Positions 21,166 through 30,403 of a stretch of DNA of 30,403 nucleotides are shown piece after piece. Position 1 is the stretch's first letter, and the number at the start of each line of letters is the position of its first letter. The notes below the pieces were generated by a model. It did not search any database, was not told the DNA's origin, and was given only the letters and a program-made list of their open reading frames with translations. This stretch comes from Veleropilina oligotropha (taxonomy: Eukaryota), in assembly GCA_048128005.1 (NCBI GenBank), contig JBEUKZ010000010.1, forward strand, positions 992,001 through 1,022,403, given 5' to 3'. Made by a program: the position numbers and the translations under genes.

Positions 21166-21823
21166 ATCGATGGCGACATGTGTTCACATAAAATAAATAA
21201 GACTTATTGCACGACAACCTTATAAGAAATAATACCTTGAAGCAAGCAGATACACATAATTGAAGAAAACCAAATTAAAAAAGTGAAAGAACCAATTCAA
21301 GCTTTCAAATCAAGATTGACCTTTTAGATAAATTACTTTTATAACTTATAATTATATACGGTTTTCTTCAACTTTCTTTTTTTATATCTTGTATCTTCAA
21401 TTTGTTATTATATCTAAATATGATTAGATCTTGTATCTTCAATTTACTTATATTTCGTTTTCTTCTACTTAAATTGTTAATAGATATTGTACCTTCAATT
21501 TGCTGTTCTTCAACTTTTCATTAAGATCTAATTGTTATTAGATCTTTTTCTTCAATTTTATTCTATTTGGTTTTCTTCAACTTTTCATTAGATCTAATTT
21601 TAGATCCCTTTTATTCACGTTTTATTATAAAACCAATTCGAACACAACATGTTTTTATTTCTTTTCCCGAAGCCGGTATTTTTACTGACCAAAACATTTT
21701 AATAATCAAGATTCAAATATCACAACACAATTATATATTATAATACACAAAATCATATCTGCCACTGTTCAATATATATATTTCTTAAAGCAATTGTTCA
21801 CCACCGGAAACTGTTCGAGCTGC

Positions 21824-22152
21824 TCATGGGCTCTTTGTGGTGAAGTGAGTTGGAGTGTCCAGGTTTCGTGATGCGGAGAGAACATTATCTCCGGGACTTT
21901 GAGCCATCAGAGCCGACAGGTCCGACAACCGTGTCATCGAACCCTGGGACAAGTTCGGAGCACTTGAAGCTGTATCCTGGGAAGGTGTGGATTGCACGAT
22001 AGGCTGCCCAGCGGTTGGAACAAATGTGTCCCAAGTAGAAGTGGATGGTTGGGAGATGCCAGGATCCATGTAGGTAAATCCACCAGAATGCTGCTGCTGC
22101 GCTGTCCCTGGTGCCGCAGGAATGAGACGGGTGAAGGTTTGCTGCTGCTGTG

Positions 22153-22183
<31 letters not shown>

Positions 22184-22714
22184 CACATAATCGTACTGCG
22201 GAAGAGGAGGAGGAGGAGGAAGAATAGGCTGCTGGACAGACAGAGCACGTGACCTGTCTATATAACCCAGAACGTGATCCAGGCTCTCCCTGTAGAAAGC
22301 AGATAGCAACCTGTCGTCAATGCGCTGCGACAGGTTTCCCATGAAAGCTCCCCATGAAGCCGACGTCGAGGATCTATCATCTCCCAGGATGTTACAGATC
22401 TGCCCCTGGAGTTGCTCATTTCGCGTCCCCTGATTCTGGAGGCTCTGGATTATGGTGGCGACCTCCTGCTCCTCGATCTGGTCCCCCGTGGTGGAGTTTG
22501 TTGTTGAAGATGGTGCCCCCCCGGACTTCTTGGTAGCCTTCCCTCTAGTGTGAGTCTTCGTTGGTGCCTGCTGCTCAGTTGATAGCTTGAGGGCTTGAGG
22601 GCCTTCAGGGCTTGAGGGCCCAACGTGAGGAGTGTTCACGTCATCCATCTCGGACGATGATGTAGACCTCGACCTCGACCTGGCCACGCTGCACGACTCT
22701 ATGTTGGACTGCAA
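21824..22714 (-). CDS. Harbinger MADF/Myb-SANT-like DNA-binding protein, exon 2
   Basis: Acceptor TTTTTGTCTAATTGCAG ending at 22715, phase 0. S/T/Q/P-rich with polyQ, and a WGAFMG..L..ID..L helical block. Confidence 0.82.
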
Positions 22715-22873
22715 CTGCAATTAGACAAAAATGGAGAAAGAACATTAAATACATATTCTATACAAGGAAGGTACAATTTTTAAGATATATTATATGTATG
22801 AAGAATAATGCTAATAATACATATTCTATACAAGGTAGGTACAAGTTATTAGTAACAAGTAGTATATACTTAC

Positions 22874-23455
22874 ACTAAAGGCTGTGCGGCCACGCACCCT
22901 GGCGATGTGGTCTCCCAGGAACCCAAAGTTTTCCTTGAGGAAGTTCTCCCTCTCGGTGAGGTCCCTGGCCGCCGATCCAGACTTGTCCTTCAGCATCTTC
23001 CCGATCCTGGTTCTGATGCTTTCATACCATGTGTGAAGGAGGTCCCCGGACTCCATCTTGAGCTCTGCAGCCTTGTCGTCCCACAGGCTGCGTTTTTTCC
23101 CTACATCTTTGTAGGCCTTCAGAGACTTTGTATAAAACTGTGGATGGTTCCGCAGCCATTCTCCCAGCTCCACCTCCTGTTCCTCACTGAGGTTCACTGC
23201 CTTGTTTTTCTTCCTCTTTTTGGGTAGGTTGGGGATGTCCGCCTCAGTCGCATGGTCAGTCGCAGTCCCACACGCAGCAGCTGGGGTGATCTCAGCGGCA
23301 CGTTGGGTGGAGGTAGCATCATCGTCCGCCGAAGCTCTAGGGGACTCTGATCCAGATGATGACGAATCTACAGGCTTTGTGGGTTTTTTAGCCTTCGATC
23401 CCTTCGGTTTGATAACGACAGACAGCTTCTTCCTTGGAGGCATCTTCTTTGGCAT
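22874..23455 (-). CDS. Harbinger MADF/Myb-SANT-like DNA-binding protein, exon 1
   Basis: LSEEQEVELGEWLRNHPQFY.K....YKD..KK..LW...A.....W.ESIRTRIGK. Donor GTAAGT at 22873; 159-bp intron; spliced product ~490 aa. Confidence 0.88.
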
Positions 23456-23544
23456 CTCGGTAGTTGTAGTCTCGTCAAAGTCTCGTCAAAGTCCTGTGGA
23501 AGAGTGAATACAAAATGAAAAATGCAGCTGTATTTATAGTTTCC

Positions 23545-23810
23545 GTGACGGTTCGTGTTGGGTCCGTGTTGGGTCCGGGGCGGTTCGTGGTGCATCCGTA
23601 GCTCTTCCGTGACAGTTCGGGGCTGTTCGTGTTGGGTCCGGGGCAGTTCTTGGTGAAACGTGTTGGGTCCGTGTTGGGTCCGTGGTGGTACGGGGTGGTT
23701 CGGGGTGGTTCGTGTTGGGTCCGTGTTGGGTCCGTAGTGAATCCGTAGTGAGTCCTTGGTGAAACGTAGTGTTTCCGTGTTGGGTCCGTCATGGTACGTG
23801 ATGGTACGGG
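23545..23810. repeat. Right subterminal array (CGTGTTGGGTC)n-like
   Basis: Many copies of CGTGTTGGGTC and GGTTCGTG. Confidence 0.85.
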
Positions 23811-24697
23811 GGTGTCTGATTTTTTCGACCGTCGAGGGGACTGTCTGGACAATTTCATCCCGATTCACCCCGGAAGAGGGTCTTCTAGATCCGTGGCTAT
23901 CCGGGATGATACTTGTTGTATCCTTGTTGTATCCGGCGTTGGTGTGACTTAGGCTTTAGGCTTTACATTCGTGGATGTGCGCTACGGTGTGGAATAAAGG
24001 TTCGTATATAAGCTTATCTACAACCGAGTAATATGAAAATTATACCGATAGCAAGAAAAATGTTTCGTTTAACTCTTCCGTCAATATTGAGAATGTGAGT
24101 GTCAATTTAGAACGTTATGAGCTCCGAAATCGATTGTTTACCATATCGCGCGATTTTCGCGTTGCACAACTTTCTATATATTATATACATCAGTATATGG
24201 GGCATTGTGTAGAACGGGTAATTTTGGGCCTAGCGTCCGGGGACTGTGCTTTAAGTCTCGGTTCAAGATGGTGAAAATGTAGTGTGCAAAATTTTGTGCG
24301 TCTTGATTTTTTTCTGGACAATGCTTAGGACGGGTACAATCTACGTCTAATGAGCTTGTGTGGAACTATCATCCTGTCATCTACAGTTCCAAATGTCGCA
24401 ATAGAACAAAAACGGCACTAATAGAAGAAAAACAAAATAATTCGATTTTAGCTCAACGGATAGCGACATTTACTCCTCGACCCCAACAAGAATGGCAGAC
24501 CACCCCAGTAAAAAAGCATGTAAAAAGCATCCAACATCCAATAATTAACATTATCAACCAAATGCCCAACAACAGAATTAAAATTTGGAGCTCCATTTGT
24601 GTACCGACAATGTTTAAAAGTCCATGACAACTGTCAACGTCGCAACTTTGATCTTTTGCGTTAACCCCGCCCCAACGGTGCACCTGTGAAGGGATCG

Positions 24698-24916
24698 CGC
24701 GTAATGCAAGAGAAGACAACTCAATCGATCGCATTGCGCTTAATGCGCGCGTGTTTGCGTATAATGCAAGAGAAGACAACTCCGTCGATCGCATTGCGCT
24801 TTCTGCGTGCGCGCTTATCGTCGTTGCTAAACAGCTGCATAATTATACTGTATGTACAAACTCGAGCGCTCCTGGTGGCTGGTCTGCGTCTAATGCAAGA
24901 GAACACAACTTCGTCG
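24698..24916. repeat. CpG-rich ~60-bp imperfect repeat (two copies plus a partial third)
   Basis: TAATGCAAGAGAA(G/C)ACAACT at ~24702, ~24763 and ~24891. Confidence 0.8.
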
Positions 24917-26981
24917 GCCCATTACACATAATACGTAGAAATGTAGCCGGTATAATCAATATTTCGAGTCATTTGATCGAATGCGTTGTTGAGACGGACT
25001 CGCCAAAATGAAAAGTCGTTCGAGCGGCTGTGAACCGAATACAGGTTTATTCATGAATATATAACCGACCACTTGTTGAGAATGGCCTGATACTCCGCTT
25101 TTCTCTTATATAACAGCTGCGAACGATCTCGTGATGCTGTCTAATTATTTACCCATTGAGGTTTATATGTCGCTTGCAAAAAGGGCAATAGATATTTAGG
25201 GATTTAGAGTTATTGTGTAGGTGAAAGGTCTTTTGAAATCTGACACGGAAGTTATGTATAACCAGTGATGATTTGGCACTTTCTTTTTTGCGAAGTTGAT
25301 ACCAAATGGATGACGCAAGCTATTACATAAGCATGTTCAGGATATATTCGGATATGGCGATTTCGGACATAAAATATTTAGGGTGGATTTTTTTTATAGC
25401 CAATGAGATATTTGCACCTTTGCGAATCCGAGGTCTAACCTAATAACAAACGGATAACGCAAGCTATTTCCAAAAAGGGAGGAGAGTTATCGTTGACATG
25501 TTCTATCGATTACCCAACTGCAATAGAGCGCAATAGGTTCCGAAATTAGATATAGATTATCGGTGGTGACGCGCATATGTCGAAAAGGCGAGTCCAATGA
25601 GAAGTGCCAAGAGTTGTAGTTGCGGCCTTATATAAATCTCCCTTTGGTTGAAACGGCGCTCGAAAGTCACTAGACCACCATGGGGGTTCGAGCCCGGTGT
25701 ATAGCCGGTTGACAATCATCGCGCTAGCGATCCGACCTTTCCCCCCATCAATAACCGTACAATACGACATTGGCTGTTAATCTGGACAACAATCCCTATT
25801 CAACAAAGACCGATATGTAATCCTGTGACAATGGCTTTAACGGTTATATAGTCTATAATTATAGGGTTGAACGCAAGAGATGTGTACGGTAATACCCACG
25901 TATATGTTTACACACTGTGGAATGCGCCGATCTTGCTGAATACTAATTAATACGCCATATATTGGTTTCGCAGAGGTATAAACAACAATAACGCAAACAT
26001 AGATTGATTAACAGGGGAAAACAGATGTCTGTGAGCATTGCAAAACTTATATACAGCGTAGCCGACATGTCGAAAGTAGCCAAGATACGAATGTGTATGT
26101 TCAACGTATATAAAGCGACAGGCTATCCGATGACATGTATGAGATGCGTTATATTTACCAATAGTGTTCTTTCGGTTAACGCTCGACAAACAATAAGTAA
26201 TGATAATGATAATTAAAGCTGTAAAGCAGCTTTTCAGGGCTTCAAGCTGATCGCGTTCCATTGCCCGCAGCCATCTTGTCGCTCGAAATATAATTTTTTT
26301 AATTTTTTCAAAAACAAATTTATATATTTTTTTCCCTTAAAATTTTATTAACATATACATATGGCCACTCTGAATCGAATGCCGCAAATTTAAGCTCTTT
26401 ACGCCACGTCGGTCTCGATTTCTGGCCATTTTATTTCTTTATCGAATATTTTTATTATCCTAATTTAAAATATCTAAGCCCTACCATCAATATTAACCGA
26501 GTTGGCCATTTTCTGGCAAACATATGTCTTTTTTCCTTAGGTCATTTCCTGCAATGTAGGTCAACTGAGGTGAAAGCCAAGGTCACATGTGAAAGATCAA
26601 CCATGATTTCCCATAGGCTCCCCATAGTAACTATGTGTCCACGGTGCATCCTTTTTGATATATTGCCACTTGAAACAAATTCTTTAATGGCCGCCGAGGC
26701 ACTTCCTGCTTTTCAATTTTATCTGGCAAAATTGGTAAATGTCGATTACACACGTCAATAGGAGTTCACATTATCCACTATCGGCACACATATATGCATT
26801 TTTCCTTAATTAGGTCATGTTCTGCGATGTAGGTCAACTGAGGTCAAAGGCCAAGGTCACATGTGAAAGATCAACCATGACTTCTCATAGCTTCCCATAG
26901 TAACTAGGTGTCCGCGGACCATCCTTTTTGATATATTGCCACTAGAAACAAATGCTTTAATGGCCGCCGAGGCACTTCCTG

Positions 26982-27495
<514 letters not shown>

Positions 27496-27775
27496 CAATT
27501 TTATCAGGCAAATTTGGTAAATGTCGACTACACACGTCAATAGGAGTTCACTTTATCCACTATAGTCGCACATATATGCATTTTTCCTTAATTAGGTCAT
27601 TTGGAGCAATGTAGGTCAACTGAGGTCGAAGGCCAAGGTCACATGTGAAAGATCAACCATGACTTCCAATAGGCTCCCCATATAGTAACTATGCGTCCGC
27701 GGAGCATCCTTTGTGATATATTGCCACTTGTAGCAAATAATAATAAATAATAAATTTATTTACCATAACACATAA

Positions 27776-28071
27776 TCTTAATATAATGGAGCTATAATTG
27801 TATGTGTGTCTGTCTGTCTGTCTGTTTCAAGTTGAACTCCTCCCAGACGCTTTGACCTAGGACCTTCAAACTTTGGGGGGTTAATCGGGGTCCCCCAAGG
27901 AAGGTTTACCACGAAAAAAAATCGGAAAATTCGCGAAAAAAAAAAAAATTTACTATCATTTTTAATATAATCGAGAAAAAAAAAAAAAAAAAAGGAGCAC
28001 TATCCAAAAAAAAAAAAAAAAAAAATTTGGGATGGGGGGACTTACCCGGCGAAGACGGGTACCATTGCTAG
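27776..28071 (+). mobile_element. Short non-autonomous Helitron (296 bp)
   Basis: A|TC 5' end (TCTTAATATATAA), (CTGT)n, 3' hairpin ACCCG-GCGAAGA-CGGGT, then CTAG|T. No TSD. Confidence 0.88.
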
Positions 28072-28228
28072 TAATGATAATAATAATTATTATACACACA
28101 AAATTCGATTGAAATAATTAAAGATATGTAAATGCATACATATATACATGCATAAACATGCACACACAAGCACATATACATATACACATACGTGCACACA
28201 TAAACACGCACACACAAATATATTATAA

Positions 28229-29124
28229 GTTATCCTAACTCCTGGAGTCCGATATGGCTATTTATCCTCACAGTAAATAGCCATATCGGACTCCAGGAGT
28301 TAGGATAACGTATTTATTTCAACATTTCCTCCAAAATTGTAATATATTCCATAGGTGAACTTGAATTTGCGATACCGAACATCGTTACAGATTTGAATAC
28401 TTTTGGGATTAGGACAAGAACGGCGTGGGAAATTATAAAATTGAAAATAATTTATTTAAATAGCAGGGTAACAAGCGTATAATTAACAAATAATTTTAGT
28501 ATTACAAGTTAATTTTATTTAGATATAAATTTGGGAGTAACATCAGGCATGTTTACAATAGTGTTCGCAGCTGGTGGAAGCCAAGCGTTGAGGCAGCCAA
28601 GTTGAATTCGAGTAACAACAAAGTGTCAAAATTCAAAATACTTATGCGAATTGTCAATGGTGTTGAATATGCAATGAGTTAATCATGCAGTTATTGAATA
28701 TTAGAGACTGTGGGACTGTGTTTACTTGTTGAGGAGGGACGTGTTCAAAGTCGTCAAACATAACTTTCATCGTGATTCCATGGACGTGAAAATCAGCTGT
28801 TTCGGTTTGAAGCGATTGCGAATGCGTGACCCGATGTGGATTTTACAGGACAAAGCGGATTATCCTTTCACTCGGACATAAACCCAGGTTCAAGTTCTTT
28901 ATCGGAACGGTGATTTTTGGTAAGTTCATCTTTGCATTTCTTTATTGATCGATTTGTTTTGAAAACAGCGCAGACGACAAAAATATATTCATCGGCTATT
29001 TCCGTAACTGCTCGGAGTCCTGTATGGGAGTCCGGTATGGAGATTTATCCTCACGGCACGTGACGTCGAAAAACGCGTCTCGACCAATCGATGTTGAGAA
29101 TGCGGGTATATGTTGAAATAAATA
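28229..29124. mobile_element. Putative non-autonomous Crypton-like element
   Basis: Perfect 36-9-36 palindrome (28229-28309), a second copy of arm plus spacer at 29027-29054, 15-bp inverted repeats at 28311-28325 / 29110-29124, and TA/CA microsatellite flanks. Confidence 0.5.
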
Positions 29125-29225
29125 TATATACACACACATACATATACATACACACACACATACACACACATACATATATATATATATACACATATACATA
29201 CATACACATACACATACACATACAT

Positions 29226-29323
<98 letters not shown>

Positions 29324-29380
29324 TAAATAATAATAATAAGTATACACATACACGCGCACACATACATACATACATATAAT
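29123..29380. repeat. Compound (CA)/(TA)n microsatellite
   Basis: Direct observation. Confidence 0.97.
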
Positions 29381-29449
29381 GTAACATGTAAATATATAAA
29401 TAACTATTTGTATAAAATAAATTAAGAATGTATAAATATAATAAATATG

Positions 29450-30403
29450 TTGTTATGGAAGGATGATCTATGAAACCCTCACGGGCTTATAATTAGATAT
29501 CCTTTTTGCTGTTGCCTAAATTATAATAAATGAGTAGGTATATAATGTAAATATAATATTATAATGTATACAATGGCAAATATATTTCAAAAATATTGCG
29601 TTAAATCATTAATACTTATTAAGAATGCTTAATTTTAAATGATTTTTTAACATATAAATGGGAGATGATTTTCTGATAGATAATTCAAGTGAATTCCATA
29701 GGAATGGACCTTGAAATTTCATGGAGAACATTCTAACATTTGTGCGGCATTTATTGATATGAAAATTATGCTTTTGTCTTGTATTGTATGAGTGTATCTG
29801 TTCATTTGTGTGAAAGTACACTTTGAACGTTACTGGCAACAAATTGTTAAACTACCTGTACATAAAATTAAGGTTTGATATTTGTTAATGTCATAAATTG
29901 TTAATTGATAAAGTCTTTTAAAAAGAGGTAGGGAGTGTTCAAGATATCCCGATAAAGAAATAATACGCATGGCCTTCTTTTGAAGCATAAATAATTTGTG
30001 TAGTCTGTGTTGGTAAGTAGGATGAGGAATTATGCTTAATGTCCTGTATATTTACAACATCGAGGTTCAAGGCAGGACATGTCCGTGTTATCGCGGGAGG
30101 AAACCCCGGGTGCCCGGGTAAACCCGCCCTCCCGGGTAAACCCGCCCTCTTCGGCCAGTCACGGACAACTGTGATTCATAACTTGAACAAATTTCAATGC
30201 CTCAGCCAGGTATTGACCCCACTACTGTTCGCATTAGCGGAATCAAGCCAGTGAATTTAGAGTGGACACTCTACCCACTGCGCTGCCGAAGCGGCCTTGT
30301 TGGTAAGTAGATGCCCATACAATATTACAATATTTAAAGTATGGCAATATTAATGTGTTGTAAAGTGTTGGTAGAATGTAAGATGGAAGCTTATCTTTAA
30401 CTT
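29450..30403 (-). pseudogene. L2-group (Crack/Daphne-like) LINE 3' end: ORF2 C-terminus and 3' UTR, interrupted by a SINE
   Basis: LYNTLILPYFKYCNIVWASTY/QHRLHKLFMLQKKAMRII..PLFKRL..HSYNTR..GPFLWNSL, stop at 29609. The UTR carries an ATAAGCCC..GGGTTT stem-loop. Confidence 0.85.
30021..30297 (-). mobile_element. Full-length young SINE copy with 13-bp TSD
   Basis: TSD TGTTGGTAAGTAG at 30008-30020 and 30298-30310. Highly similar to 15345-15605. Confidence 0.92.

Larger units (their letters stand above)
18899..23955 (+). mobile_element. Harbinger element B, near-complete, left TIR missing
   Basis: Convergent transposase and MADF/Myb genes, subterminal repeat arrays at both ends, and right end GGTGTGACTTAGGCT followed by TTA. 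Confidence 0.92.

Noticed and set aside
25655..25712. tRNA or tRNA-Sec gene
   Set aside because: Only a B-box-like motif; no acceptor stem, D arm or anticodon arm.

Overview
Repeat-dense animal genomic DNA, probably an invertebrate such as a mollusc (inferred from the repeat types). I found no host protein-coding gene. Main contents: (1) a complete, apparently very young 7.45-kb DIRS1-type tyrosine-recombinase retrotransposon on the minus strand (1778-9228), with identical 207-bp inverted terminal repeats, an internal complementary region (ICR) that copies the circle junction exactly, a split gag, an RT-RNaseH-methyltransferase ORF and a YR ORF; (2) two PIF/Harbinger DNA transposons joined at about 18.9 kb, one internally deleted and one near-complete (transposase with a single in-frame TGA, plus an intact two-exon MADF/Myb gene); (3) many small elements: Helentron/HINE-type elements with tandem arrays, a short Helitron, three fully palindromic elements with 8-bp TSDs, a Crypton-like element, five copies of one tRNA-derived SINE, CR1 and L2-group LINE 3' fragments, and (AT)n microsatellites. 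The most intriguing signal is in the DIRS reading frames. The gag stop (CCC-TAG-G) is the only stop between gag and the ~3-kb YR frame. It is also a +1 shifty-stop context leading into the RT frame, which has no early ATG. Upstream, a correctly phased G-GGT-TTT heptamer sits exactly where the second gag frame opens. This suggests, but does not prove, multi-site translational recoding. Family assignments are from motif recognition, not database searches.
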